From an uncultured Bdellovibrionales bacterium (lineage in GTDB: Bacteria; Patescibacteriota; Minisyncoccia; Moranbacterales; DUUL01): DNA of 64,000 nucleotides. The position numbers were made by a program, and so were the translations under genes. Each line of letters begins with the position of its first letter. Position 1 is the stretch's first letter. The DNA lies in contig CAZKWX010000002.1 of assembly GCA_964556685.1 (NCBI GenBank), positions 10,541 to 74,540 on the forward strand, written 5' to 3'. Shown here piece by piece: positions 34,210-44,435 of this stretch. The notes beneath the pieces are model-generated. The model was given only the letters and a program-made list of their open reading frames with translations. It was not told the origin of the DNA and searched no databases.

Positions 34210-35757
34210 CTACGGTCCTCTTTCGTGCCAGCCTGGACTGCAAGCCGTCATGTTACACTCATAGGGATTATCTTCAATCCTCACGCAGTATTCATTCTGA
34301 TAGAGACCGAATTGTTGTCCGCCGTCACAAATTGCATTGCAGGCTGATAAATCGACATTTCCTCTATCTTTGCTATAAACTTTGCAAAAAGCTTGTACTT
34401 GAGCTGATTCAATAACGCTATCACTTTTTGAATTTTGACAGGTAATGCTATAGGTATAGATGTTGGGAATATCGATGTTAATAACATCTGTTCTATCACC
34501 GTTGCTGCTATTGTCAACGATGAAATCGTTGGGATTATATCCGCTCCAATTAGCTCCAACTGAACAGCTATCCACATTCTCAGCATTCCAGACGAGAGTG
34601 GTGCTGACGGGAAAACTGGCAATGCTTTCTTCTTCAAAGTTAGCTGGGATTGCCAACAGGCTCAAATTGATTTCAGCAAAGTCGGCTGAACAAGACGTAT
34701 CGGTTCCACCCCCATCTCCCAAACAATCCCAAGTCCAGCCAGTTGGATTATCAACCAGATTAGCCAACGTTCCGGCAGAACATAGAAGGGAAGTGTCGCC
34801 TGGTAGGGTATATATTTCTTGTCCGTCATAGGCAACATTACATTCACCATCAGTCACTGGATCAGCTACTTCAACAATCCAAGTCACTGAAGTAGAACCA
34901 AGCTTCATGGTGTTTCCCCAAGTGCCATTGACTCTTGGATCATAGCCCTTATTCATGTTGCCACAATCACCGCCACCACCGGGATTCATGCTTTCTTCAC
35001 TGGGTGACCAAAAAACCCAGGTCAGAGCATGGCTATGGATGTTCCAATTATTATTACATCGATCAACACCGAGAATTTCTGTCCGAGCAACACTGCTATC
35101 TCGGCACCCGCCGCAATATTCATTGCCAGGATCATAGCCATCGCACATTTTGCATTCAAACCTTCGATAGGGCCAACCATCAGCATGACCTCTTCTGACA
35201 GATGCCACTGACCAGATGCGCGAGTTTGTTTTACTAATATCAGCGGTCAGAGTTACTGTGCCGGGATTGTTAGCAGTGCAACTCATTCCCGAGCAGCTGA
35301 CAACTCCGCTGTCGCTGGAACTTAGAGAAACTGATGGTTTGACAGCAGTCCAATAGACATAACCGCGGAGATTTCCATCGATATATAATTCTTGTCCATC
35401 TTTAATGTCGCTAAAACACTGGTTGTTGATTGAACTGCACCATTTTCCATAGGGCGTGTCGAAGCTTGCCCCAGTGCCATTATAAAAAGGCTTCTCTGGG
35501 TCATAGGAGAAATTGATCACTTCTCCTGGAGCAATTGATGTTCCACCCGACGTCATTTCAACACTATGCATGACTGACAAATTTCCGTTGGCAACGGTTG
35601 TCGATGCCCCGCCATCAGAGAAATCATGAGTATAGTTTTTACTGACAGTTGAAGTTCTGGCCTCAAATGCATAAACAGCAGAGCATGAAAAGAAAAGCCC
35701 AACCATTAAGGACAACAGTATCCAGCTTTTGTTCTTTTTTAAAATACCTGCATCCAT
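34210..35757 (-). CDS. secreted Cys/Gly-rich protein of unknown function (signal peptide)
   Basis: N-terminal KKNKSWILLSLMVGLFFSCSAVYAFE signal. About 30 Cys, and many G/N/D/S/T residues. No family recognised. Confidence 0.6.
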   Translation of the reverse strand: MDAGILKKNKSWILLSLMVGLFFSCSAVYAFEARTSTVSKNYTHDFSDGGASTTVANGNLSVMHSVEMTSGGTSIAPGEVINFSYDPEKPFYNGTGASFDTPYGKWCSSINNQCFSDIKDGQELYIDGNLRGYVYWTAVKPSVSLSSSDSGVVSCSGMSCTANNPGTVTLTADISKTNSRIWSVASVRRGHADGWPYRRFECKMCDGYDPGNEYCGGCRDSSVARTEILGVDRCNNNWNIHSHALTWVFWSPSEESMNPGGGGDCGNMNKGYDPRVNGTWGNTMKLGSTSVTWIVEVADPVTDGECNVAYDGQEIYTLPGDTSLLCSAGTLANLVDNPTGWTWDCLGDGGGTDTSCSADFAEINLSLLAIPANFEEESIASFPVSTTLVWNAENVDSCSVGANWSGYNPNDFIVDNSSNGDRTDVINIDIPNIYTYSITCQNSKSDSVIESAQVQAFCKVYSKDRGNVDLSACNAICDGGQQFGLYQNEYCVRIEDNPYECNMTACSPGWHERGP

Positions 35758-35773
35758 TAATTTGTTTGAATAT

Positions 35774-37132
35774 TTAGAACTGTTCTGATTTAGGTTTTCT
35801 CAACAATATCCAGACGATAAATATAAGAATTAAAGCGAAAGAAGCAATCAAAATCAATGTTATCGAGGAAGAACTAGCTAAAGAGCTAACTAAAGCTTTT
35901 TCAGATTGACAGCTTTCTAGTTGTTTGCAGTCATAGGTCACTTCGTATTCATCAACCCTCTTTCCGTTTTTGTCATACAGCTGCGTTTTGAGCTTGAGGT
36001 AGTCCAAATTTTCTTTGGCTTGGAGATCTTTTTTTGCAGCCATCATGGAACTAGTAATTTTTCCCTCGTAGGATAAATCGTCAATTTTGTTGCCTCCTCT
36101 TCCAAAAAGCGAAACCTCGATCTTACCCAAAGTGTCCAACGCGGAAGTGTTGTGAAAGCAAGAAAAGAGAGTGAAGACCTCATCTTTTTTAAGAGGAAAA
36201 CTAGTTATGGCCGGATAGTTCATTCGAGGTCTCTCTTGATCGCTGGCCATCCGAATGTTCACAATCGATTTTTGATTTTCTGATGCGGCAGTAATTTTCA
36301 AATAATAGACTGATTCATTCATGTCGGGAATGACATAGGCCAGTTTCTCAGTTGAGTTAGCTGGAATGACAATCGTTTCAGTTCTTTGATCCGCCAGATC
36401 GGTCTGATCTAAACTGTCCCAATAATATAATTGATAGGTCACTAACACTCCCTTGTCCACATCAGCCGTATTTTCAATTGGTTGAATGACAGAAACTTCT
36501 TTATGCGGTTTCATCAAAGGCCAATTGCCAATGTGCTTGTAGGATTTTCCATTAATCTGAGTTTCATCTCGCTTAAAAGAAACATAAGAAACGTTATCGC
36601 TGATTATTTCGAAATCATCGCCTCCGACAATTATTTCATTAGTGAAGGGAAGTCCACCCAGATTAAATTTCTTGCCGACTGAGAAAAAGAAATCGGCCTT
36701 GTATGTTCCGGCAGAAAGGCCCTCTGGTACTGACCAGTCAAATTGAACCTCTCTCTCTTCATTGGCGTCCAAAGCAACTTTGTTTTTGGCAAAAAATTCA
36801 TCAACCACATAATGGCCCTCTTTCAGATAATTGTCATTATAGCGGGAAACTCTGACGAAGATATAGCCATCGATAACGGGATAATCATTTTGATTGATCA
36901 ATGATCCATTGAATTTGACCACTTCGCCTGCCCCGTAAGAATCTTTTTCTGTTCCAGCGCTGACTTGGACGCTTTGAAATTTGTAGTAATCAAAACAGTC
37001 AGTCACCGATCCATTGGTACTGACTTTCTTTACACTAGGAGAAGATGTATTTTGGCTGATTTGTTTAACCAGAACTATTAGCAACACAAAAAATAACGCG
37101 AAAACAGCGGTGCTGATAAGGATTCTTTTCAT
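35774..37132 (-). CDS. surface protein of unknown function: N-terminal signal/TM plus C-terminal TM anchor
   Basis: MKRILISTAVFALFFVLLIVLV at the N-terminus. SSSITLILIASFALILIFIVWILLRKPK at the C-terminus. Co-oriented with 34210..35757 and 17 nt upstream of it. Confidence 0.6.
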   Translation of the reverse strand: MKRILISTAVFALFFVLLIVLVKQISQNTSSPSVKKVSTNGSVTDCFDYYKFQSVQVSAGTEKDSYGAGEVVKFNGSLINQNDYPVIDGYIFVRVSRYNDNYLKEGHYVVDEFFAKNKVALDANEEREVQFDWSVPEGLSAGTYKADFFFSVGKKFNLGGLPFTNEIIVGGDDFEIISDNVSYVSFKRDETQINGKSYKHIGNWPLMKPHKEVSVIQPIENTADVDKGVLVTYQLYYWDSLDQTDLADQRTETIVIPANSTEKLAYVIPDMNESVYYLKITAASENQKSIVNIRMASDQERPRMNYPAITSFPLKKDEVFTLFSCFHNTSALDTLGKIEVSLFGRGGNKIDDLSYEGKITSSMMAAKKDLQAKENLDYLKLKTQLYDKNGKRVDEYEVTYDCKQLESCQSEKALVSSLASSSSITLILIASFALILIFIVWILLRKPKSEQF

Positions 37133-37432
37133 TTTTGTTTTTATCGGTTATTTATATAATTATAAATAAATTTTAAAAAGTACGCAAGGAATATTTTTTT
37201 ATAACGAAATGTGTTGAATACTTGAATTATATGGGATATGACCTAAACTAAATAAATGGGATGATTGGGGATTATAAGCTATGAATTAAGATTTAAGAAT
37301 AAGTTTTTAAGAATGGAGAATATACGTAACTTTTGCCCCGTAAAATTTCGCTTAAGCGAAATCACGGGGTAAATATTATTGCTCACTCTGAAAAATCGCT
37401 TCGCTCATTCGGGGCAGGCATTGATCACTACT

Positions 37433-39811
37433 ATGAATAATATTAGAAACTTTTGTATTATTGCACATATTGATCATGGGAAGTCGACACTAGCCGATCG
37501 GCTTTTGGAGTTAACTGGGACGATGGAAAAACGGCAGATGAAGGAACAGGTTTTGGATACGATGGACTTGGAACAGGAGAGAGGCATCACTATCAAGCTC
37601 CAGCCTGTTACTATGACCTATCGGCCATCGCAGATCAATGCAGATGTAACGCGGATAAGTGCGGATAAAGAAAAAAGCAAAGTGGAGGGTGGCTTATTAT
37701 ATAAGGAGTTAACTTACAAAGTAAGAGGACTATTCTTTGACGTTTATAATAATCTGGGACCAGGGCACAAGGAAAGTGTTTACGGCAATGCTCTCGAAGA
37801 GGAATTTTTGAAAGCTAATCTTAGTTTTGATAAAGAAAAGATAATAGACATTTTATATGGGGACAAAAAGGTTGGCACCTATCGTCCAGACTTTGTTGTT
37901 AATGAAAAGATAATTATTGAATTGAAGGCTTTGCCTTTCATTGGCAAAGCAGAAAAAAAACAGACCTGGCATTATTTGAAGGGGTCTCAATATAGACTGG
38001 CACTTCTGGTCAATTTCGGCAAAACAGAATTACAAGTTGAAAGAATAATCTATGATGAAGCTCGTGATAAAAAAATCATCCGCAAAAATCAGCGTTCAAA
38101 TCTGCAAAAATACGCATATCAGCTCAATTTGATAGATACTCCAGGACATGTTGATTTTAGTTATGAAGTTTCACGATCACTAGCAGCAGTGGAAGGGGCG
38201 ATTCTTTTGGTTGATGCGACGCAGGGTGTGCAAGCTCAAACATTGGCTAATTTGTATCAGGCGATAGATCAGGGACTGACAATTATTTCAGTGGTGAACA
38301 AAATTGATCTTCCCAATGCAAATGTGGAAAAGACCAAGAAGGAAATAGTTAATATTCTGGATTACAAAGAAGAAGATGTCATCTGCGCATCTGGAAAAAC
38401 GGGTGAGGGAGCAGAGGAAATTTTGCAGGCGATTGTAGAAAGGATCCCATGCCCGCAATCGCCTTTGGCGAATGCGGGAATTTCCAAGTTACAAATTACA
38501 AGTTCCAAACAAAAACCAAATTCGAAGTCTGAAATTCAGAATTCTGAAAAAATGCCACTTCGTGCTTTGATTTTCGACAGTAAATATGATTCATACAAAG
38601 GCGTTTTAGCATATGTGCGAATTGTTGACGGGCAAGTGCAAGCAGAAGATGACATTTATTTGATGGCCGGCCAAAAAGATGCTCATGTAATCGAAGTGGG
38701 GAAGTTTTCACCAGAGCTGATAAAAAAAGACAAATTAAAAGCTGGTGATATTGGCTATATCGCCACTGGGCTCAAGTCAGTGGAACAGTGTAAAGTTGGA
38801 GACACCGTGACAATGATCAATGATCAATATTCAATATCCAATGAAAAAATAAAAGATAATAAGATCAAGCCGCTTCCGGGTTACAAGGAGGTTCGGCCGA
38901 TGGTCTATGCCAGTTTCTATCCCACTGAGGGAGAAGACTATAATCAATTTCGTGATGCGCTGAACAAATTGAAGCTCAATGATGCAGCGTTGGCTTTTGA
39001 AGGAGAAAGTTCGGTGGCTTTGGGAAGAGGATTTCGCATTGGATTTTTGGGACTGCTTCATTTAGAAATTATCAGGGAACGGCTATCGCGAGAGTTTGGT
39101 TTCGAGCCAGTGATCACAACTCCATCAGTGGTTTATGAAATAGAAAAATCAGATAAATCAACCGAGAAAATATTCTCCGCAGTGGAAATGCCGGATGCCA
39201 ATCACATCAAAAAAATCAAAGAGCCTTTTGTCAAATTGGACATCATCACTCCATCAGAATATATGGGCAAAGTGATGGAGCTGATTCAGGATACCACGCG
39301 GGCAAAATACATTGCCACGGAATACATCGACGATGATCGAGTCATGCTTTCCTATGATGCACCGCTCAGCGAAGTGATCATCAATCTTCACGATGGCATC
39401 AAATCGGCTTCTAGCGGGTTCGCTTCCTTTTCATATGAGTCGACTAAATATCGAGCTTCAGATCTAGTGCGGATGGATGTCTATGTGGCGGAAGAAAAAG
39501 TGGAAGCTTTTTCTCAGATTGTGCCCAAAGAAAATGTTACCAAGGAGGGAGCTCGAGTGGTCAGGAAACTCAAAGACGTGATTCCGCGGCAAAACTTTTT
39601 GGTCAAACTTCAAGCAGCGGTGGGTGGCAAGTTTGTGGCTCGGGAAAATATTTCGGCCTATCGAAAAGATGTGACGGCCAAACTCTATGGCGGCGATGTC
39701 ACTCGCAAGCGCAAGCTGTTGAAAAAACAAAAGAAAGGGAAGAAAAGGATGAAGGGGGCAGGAAAAGTGGATATTCCCCAAAAAGCATTTTTGGAGGTGC
39801 TGAAGAGATAG
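37433..39811 (+). CDS. lepA: elongation factor 4 (LepA) carrying a nested GxxExxY PD-(D/E)xK domain and a low-complexity insertion
   Basis: G1 is [11 protein letters not shown]3 is [10 protein letters not shown]. The C-terminus [23 protein letters not shown] is typical of LepA. The length is 792 aa versus about 600 for typical LepA. Confidence 0.93.
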   Translation: MNNIRNFCIIAHIDHGKSTLADRLLELTGTMEKRQMKEQVLDTMDLEQERGITIKLQPVTMTYRPSQINADVTRISADKEKSKVEGGLLYKELTYKVRGLFFDVYNNLGPGHKESVYGNALEEEFLKANLSFDKEKIIDILYGDKKVGTYRPDFVVNEKIIIELKALPFIGKAEKKQTWHYLKGSQYRLALLVNFGKTELQVERIIYDEARDKKIIRKNQRSNLQKYAYQLNLIDTPGHVDFSYEVSRSLAAVEGAILLVDATQGVQAQTLANLYQAIDQGLTIISVVNKIDLPNANVEKTKKEIVNILDYKEEDVICASGKTGEGAEEILQAIVERIPCPQSPLANAGISKLQITSSKQKPNSKSEIQNSEKMPLRALIFDSKYDSYKGVLAYVRIVDGQVQAEDDIYLMAGQKDAHVIEVGKFSPELIKKDKLKAGDIGYIATGLKSVEQCKVGDTVTMINDQYSISNEKIKDNKIKPLPGYKEVRPMVYASFYPTEGEDYNQFRDALNKLKLNDAALAFEGESSVALGRGFRIGFLGLLHLEIIRERLSREFGFEPVITTPSVVYEIEKSDKSTEKIFSAVEMPDANHIKKIKEPFVKLDIITPSEYMGKVMELIQDTTRAKYIATEYIDDDRVMLSYDAPLSEVIINLHDGIKSASSGFASFSYESTKYRASDLVRMDVYVAEEKVEAFSQIVPKENVTKEGARVVRKLKDVIPRQNFLVKLQAAVGGKFVARENISAYRKDVTAKLYGGDVTRKRKLLKKQKKGKKRMKGAGKVDIPQKAFLEVLKR
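37622..38113 (+). other. in-frame GxxExxY-family (PD-(D/E)xK nuclease fold) domain nested between the G2 and G3 motifs of LepA
   Basis: [45 protein letters not shown]...[19 protein letters not shown]...[18 protein letters not shown]. It contains GxxExxY, PD and ExK motifs in the family-typical order. Confidence 0.8.
38481..38545. repeat. in-frame simple repeat (acaaattacaag / aaattc units) in lepA
   Basis: tttccaagttacaaattacaagttccaaacaaaaaccaaattcgaagtctgaaattcagaattctg encodes [23 protein letters not shown]. Confidence 0.8.
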
Positions 39812-40577
39812 CGCGCTAGTATCAGGTATTTTGTATTAAGTATTGTGTATGACGTATATACGTCCGTATATACGTTGGTATGTACTACGAAATGGCTCCT
39901 CATGGCGCTGTTTTTATTTTGAAAAACAAAAACCTAGACCTCACTACCATATAACCTTATATGGTAAAATTGGTTTTTTGGACTAAAAAAGGGAGATCCA
40001 ACGTTTCTGATAGTTAGATTCTCCCATTATTGGCCGTCCACTGTCGGTCAAGAACAAAAATTCAAGCTATGAATGAAAAGGGCGGGTCTTAAAGCTTATA
40101 TACTGGCAGGGACAACCCTTTCTGTTCATAAGCGAGGTTCCCGTAGGCGAGCCCCACCTCCGAAATTGCTGAAAGCAGATTTCCCTTACTCGATTTTTTG
40201 TAAAATCACGACAGTTTCTGGGAAGATAGTCGCCTAGGAGTATTATCACATTATTACTCCCTTACTTGTAAGCTCAGGACGTTGACTTTCAGTGATATAG
40301 TCCTTTCCCACAGATCGGTCGATCTATCTTCGTTGGTGCTGATCTTCCATGGACGTAATAGGTAATCGATTTTACACATGTTCCTACTACTGAAGCAATA
40401 ATTTAACAGCCTGGACATACTGTTAAAATGCCTCTATTACCAGCACCGAAAGCTTATATTCAATTAAGTACTACCTGTATTTAAGCACTTTTAGGATGTC
40501 TTGTCAATGTTTATGAAAATTGGCCTAAAAACTGCAAGTTTGGCTATTTTTTGCTATAATTACATCGAATAGACTTA

Positions 40578-42074
40578 ATGATACAAAAAGACATGGGAAC
40601 AGCAGAAACATTTCCTTCCTTTGTGATGAGATCGGAAAAAAAACCGAAAAAGGAACAAAGAAAAAAGAAAAATGAAGGTATAACTCGGAGAGATTTTGTT
40701 AAACAGGCTACTGCAGGAACTGTGGTGTTAGGCTCGGGAGTAATAGGCGGAGTAATGATAAAAAAAAGCAATGAATCAATACGGAATGCAGCAGAATCAG
40801 TTGTTGAAGAACCAACTTCTCAGCAGGTACAGATCGAAGAACAGAATAAACAAGTGGTTGAGCAGACTGTTGGGAAAACGATAGAAGAACAAATAGCGAC
40901 TGGTGAAGAAGTCGTTCTCAATCGAGCAACGAAGCAGGCAATTTATGAAAAATGGTTGGAAAGTCACAGTGAAGGCGGGGACAATCGCTGGGGGATGGAA
41001 CAAGCCTTGAAAAACATGCAGCCGTGGATTGCCGAAATGAAAATGGCTTTCAAAAAAGTTGCTCGAGACACGGGGGTTGCAATTCCAGAGGAGTATGTCT
41101 ATCTGACAATTCCTGAATCATATTTCAAAATGGATGCTCGATCGACGGCTCAAGCGGTGGGACCCTATCAATTCACTGAAGGGACAGCCACAAAGAAAAA
41201 GATTGGTTTGAAAATACATGAAGGGGTCTATGACGAAAAGAGAGATCCAGTTTTGAGTGCGGTGGCTTGTGCCAAACATCTGGCCGCTAGCTTCAAAGAT
41301 TTTAATGAAGATTGGGAGTTGGCTCTGGCAGATTACAATGGCAGCTATACCAATCAGTATACGAAAGAGATTGAGAAGAAAAAGCGGAATTATGACCACT
41401 ATCTTGCTTGGCGAGAAAAGAGGCTGAATGATTTTCTAGAAAAAAAAGAATACACCCACAAAGTTGCTTCCGGAGAGCTTCTTTCAAAAATAGCTAAGCA
41501 CTATGGAATAAGTATAGACGAAATCGAGGCGGTCAACTTGGGGCTTGTTCGAGACAAGATCAAAGAGGGCCAAGTTTTGAAATTGCCCAATGTTTTGTCA
41601 GTGAAAATGAAAAAGTTACAAGATTCTTTGGAAAATTTGAACTATCCGGAAAAATTTTTAGCGATTTTAGAAGTGATGAAAAAGGACAAGATGGCAGAGA
41701 AGTATCCGCCTAGGAAAATGAAATATCAGGTAATTGAAGTGCCAATGTCAAATACTACTCGATTCGTTCATGTTGTTAGAAAAGGAGAAACATTGTCAGG
41801 CATGGTTCGTAATATAAAAAAGACCTATCCTGGCATAAAAAAATCAAACAGTGCACTGTTGAAATCGATTCAACAGCAGAATGATATAAAAAATCCCAGA
41901 CTAATCAAACCAGGAGACAAGTTGCAGATCGATCTTCCTGTCAAAAGCGGCATGTCATTAGCCCAGATAGCAGAGAAAAGAAAAATTGACCTTGCGAAAT
42001 TGAAAGCAATGAATCCAGCTGTGGTGAATGGACGTGCTTCGCTTCCAAAAGTCGAAGTCAGGATTTCAGCGTAA
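40578..42074 (+). CDS. lytic transglycosylase (SLT domain) with two C-terminal LysM domains and a Tat-like signal
   Basis: The twin-arginine motif is TRRDFVKQATAGTVVLG. The SLT catalytic region is ESYFKMDARSTAQAVGPYQFTEGTA...ALADYNGS. There are two LysM-like segments (VASGELLSKIAKHYGISIDEI...; VVRKGETLSGMVRNI...). Confidence 0.75.
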   Translation: MIQKDMGTAETFPSFVMRSEKKPKKEQRKKKNEGITRRDFVKQATAGTVVLGSGVIGGVMIKKSNESIRNAAESVVEEPTSQQVQIEEQNKQVVEQTVGKTIEEQIATGEEVVLNRATKQAIYEKWLESHSEGGDNRWGMEQALKNMQPWIAEMKMAFKKVARDTGVAIPEEYVYLTIPESYFKMDARSTAQAVGPYQFTEGTATKKKIGLKIHEGVYDEKRDPVLSAVACAKHLAASFKDFNEDWELALADYNGSYTNQYTKEIEKKKRNYDHYLAWREKRLNDFLEKKEYTHKVASGELLSKIAKHYGISIDEIEAVNLGLVRDKIKEGQVLKLPNVLSVKMKKLQDSLENLNYPEKFLAILEVMKKDKMAEKYPPRKMKYQVIEVPMSNTTRFVHVVRKGETLSGMVRNIKKTYPGIKKSNSALLKSIQQQNDIKNPRLIKPGDKLQIDLPVKSGMSLAQIAEKRKIDLAKLKAMNPAVVNGRASLPKVEVRISA

Positions 42075-42223
42075 GCATTCTTTATTATTTAGAAATCAAT
42101 TAGCACTACAATACACTGATATATCAATATATTGAAGTGAAGTGAAGGGAGTGGTAGTAGGTATGAATAGTCAACCAAAATTAAAAAACGACAGAACCTG
42201 TTGATTATTGGTAGTGTCGTTTT

Positions 42224-43573
42224 TCAGAAATCTCCTTCCTCGAGCTTTTTAGAGAGCAACTCGATTTGCTCTTTTTTTGATGGATCTGTTCTTATTGCTT
42301 TCTTAACTGAGTTGATGGCATAAAGAGCGGTAGCATGGTAGCGGTTAAAATGCTTAGCAATCACTGTTAATGGAGCATCAGTGAACTCGCGAGCCAGATA
42401 CATTGCAATTTGACGAGGCCAAACAATACCTTGCTTTCTAGTTCTAGCCTCAATTTCGCTTACACTGATCCCGAAAGCCTTACAAACCACTTTCTTGATA
42501 ACATTGATGGTAATTTTCTTTCGACGGGTGCCTATAATTTTTACGACTTCAGATGCCAGGGCCAGGTTAATATCGCAACCTAATAGCGAACTGTGCGCAA
42601 TAACACTAATCAAACTACCCTTTAGTTCGCGCATATCCATGGGAAAGGAATCGGCCAATAATTCTAAAACTTCCTCGGGTATTCTTTGTCCGTCAAGGTT
42701 TTTTCTAAGAATTCGGACTCTGGAGTTAAAACGCGGAGGTTCCATGTTCGAAATCATGGTTTGCGAAAACCTAGATCGCAGTTCATCGCTGAGTTTGGGT
42801 ATGTCCTGAGGAGCGAAGCGACTTGAAAGGATGATCTTTCTCTTATTTTCGGTTAAAAAGTCGAGAACCCTAGCGATTTCTATTTGAGTTCTTTCTTTCC
42901 CACCGAGGAAATGGACATCTTCCATGAGTAAAATATCGCATCTCTCGAGATAGCCCTTTTTGAATTGCTCCAGTGAGTCGGAACGAATTGCACGAACTAA
43001 CTCCTCGCTGAATTCACTGGCAGTGATCAGGCGTATCCGCGCTCCTGGATTATTGGTTGAGATACTATGGCCTGCTGCATATGTCAAATGAGATTTTCCT
43101 AGGCCGGTTTTTGATAGCAGAAAAACAGGCGCCTTGATGATTGATTTTTTGGAAGCCACTGAACGAGCAGCTTGAGATGCAAGCCTATTACGATCATCCT
43201 CAACAAAACCGTCGAATGTCATATTTGTTTTGACCAATCTTGCAGTAACATGACTAGCGAAACTTGGTAATTGTTTTTGGATTCCTGGTCGATGTTCACA
43301 ACTTTTACCCTTAGGTTTTTCACTTTCGGTTACCGGAACCACACTCATCGTATATTTTAAAAATCGCGATGAATTATTCGATGCTTCGTTTACTGCTCCT
43401 TTAATTGCTTCTGAGTGTTGACTAAGTAATTGGCGACATACTTCATTACGGCATGAAAGGTGCATAGTGTCACCATCAATTAATTCCACCTTGATTGAAT
43501 TCAACCATCTTTCTGGTAGGCGCTCTTGAAGCGCCCGATCTAACCTTTTCTGGACGCTTTCTAAGTCGTTCAT
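42224..43573 (-). CDS. dnaA: chromosomal replication initiator DnaA
   Basis: Walker A is SKTGLGKSHL. DILLMEDVHFLGGKERTQIEIARVLDF is a DnaA-specific sensor/box segment. The domain IV HTH is RQIAMYLAREFTDAPLTVIAKHFN. The ATG at 43573 is preceded by AAAGGAGG, and upstream ORF-track codons lack an RBS. Confidence 0.88.
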   Translation of the reverse strand: MNDLESVQKRLDRALQERLPERWLNSIKVELIDGDTMHLSCRNEVCRQLLSQHSEAIKGAVNEASNNSSRFLKYTMSVVPVTESEKPKGKSCEHRPGIQKQLPSFASHVTARLVKTNMTFDGFVEDDRNRLASQAARSVASKKSIIKAPVFLLSKTGLGKSHLTYAAGHSISTNNPGARIRLITASEFSEELVRAIRSDSLEQFKKGYLERCDILLMEDVHFLGGKERTQIEIARVLDFLTENKRKIILSSRFAPQDIPKLSDELRSRFSQTMISNMEPPRFNSRVRILRKNLDGQRIPEEVLELLADSFPMDMRELKGSLISVIAHSSLLGCDINLALASEVVKIIGTRRKKITINVIKKVVCKAFGISVSEIEARTRKQGIVWPRQIAMYLAREFTDAPLTVIAKHFNRYHATALYAINSVKKAIRTDPSKKEQIELLSKKLEEGDF

Positions 43574-43755
43574 GAGTGCCTCCTTTTCAGAGATTTCTTT
43601 TTTATTTTGATTTAAGGTACTGAAAAAATACAATAAGGCCAGAATTGACCTTTTAATAAGGTAGCGTAAAAACAACAAAAAATCAACTAAAATTGTTGAT
43701 TTTTTGTCTATAAAAATTTTTAGGCCGCACACGGAATTGTTTCTCCATGGCGAGC

Positions 43756-44298
43756 CTAAGTGATAATCTTTTTTTTGCGAAAATACATTCGAATCACTAA
43801 ATGAATGTTTTCAAATGTCGCATTCCGAATGCAAACCCGAGGGGGATCTTTCGCGGTTGGTTCAGCTCCGCTGATGCATTTGCTTAGCAATAGAGCATCA
43901 GCAGGACTGGGAGTGTAGGCTACCAGTCCAAAGAATGTCATTCCTTTCTCTTTACTTCGGCTCGAAAAGCTTCTGATAGCCAAGGGGAAGCCTATGTCCA
44001 TTGCATTAAGGGCCTCCTCTTTTTCCCTGATCTTAACGACAGTTATTTCTTTAAGGCCATGCATGGCAAGCTCGATAGCTGCCGGGAAGCTAGCTAAAAA
44101 ATATCCTTTTCTCTCTTCAAAATTACCTCGGATGTGCTCAATTTTTTTAGGTTTTTTCAGTTTGCTCATGTCTGTCATCACATCTGCGATGACCTTTTTC
44201 AGCGCCACAACCCTCTCTTGCCTGGTCGGTAGCTTACTAATCTCTTTCAACCCTCTTGTTTTGGAAGAGGGTTTGTGAGTAGATTGTCTTTTTTTCAT
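43756..44298 (-). CDS. hypothetical protein (180 aa), same strand as and upstream of dnaA
   Basis: Open frame with a basic N-terminus. No motif recognised. Confidence 0.45.
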   Translation of the reverse strand: MKKRQSTHKPSSKTRGLKEISKLPTRQERVVALKKVIADVMTDMSKLKKPKKIEHIRGNFEERKGYFLASFPAAIELAMHGLKEITVVKIREKEEALNAMDIGFPLAIRSFSSRSKEKGMTFFGLVAYTPSPADALLLSKCISGAEPTAKDPPRVCIRNATFENIHLVIRMYFRKKKIIT

Positions 44299-44435
44299 AA
44301 CCCCCTCCTTTGGTCTTTATTACATAAAAAACAGGAAAATACCCTCTTGTTTTTTAGTACAATTCGGGGGTAAAAAAATTTAATTAGAAGAAACAAGGCC
44401 GGCAATTACGCGTTTATGCATATACCGGCCTAGTG

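Noticed and set aside
37622-38113. Possible intein in lepA
   Set aside because: The boundaries lack Cys/Ser/Thr nucleophiles, a TxxH block and a terminal His-Asn. The sequence matches a PD-(D/E)xK GxxExxY domain instead.
39960-40260. tmRNA, RNase P RNA or SRP RNA in the long non-coding gap
   Set aside because: A CCCCACCTCC stretch resembles a tmRNA acceptor arm, but there is no T-loop GGTTCGA, no 5' GGGG partner and no tag ORF. No GGAAAGTCCGG (RNase P P4) motif. No SRP GGAA tetraloop motif.
43574-43755. oriC with DnaA boxes upstream of dnaA
   Set aside because: The spacer is AT-rich, but I could not find TTATCCACA-like 9-mers. The only near match (ttatcacat at about 40226) is in a different GC-rich spacer. 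Left as an open question.
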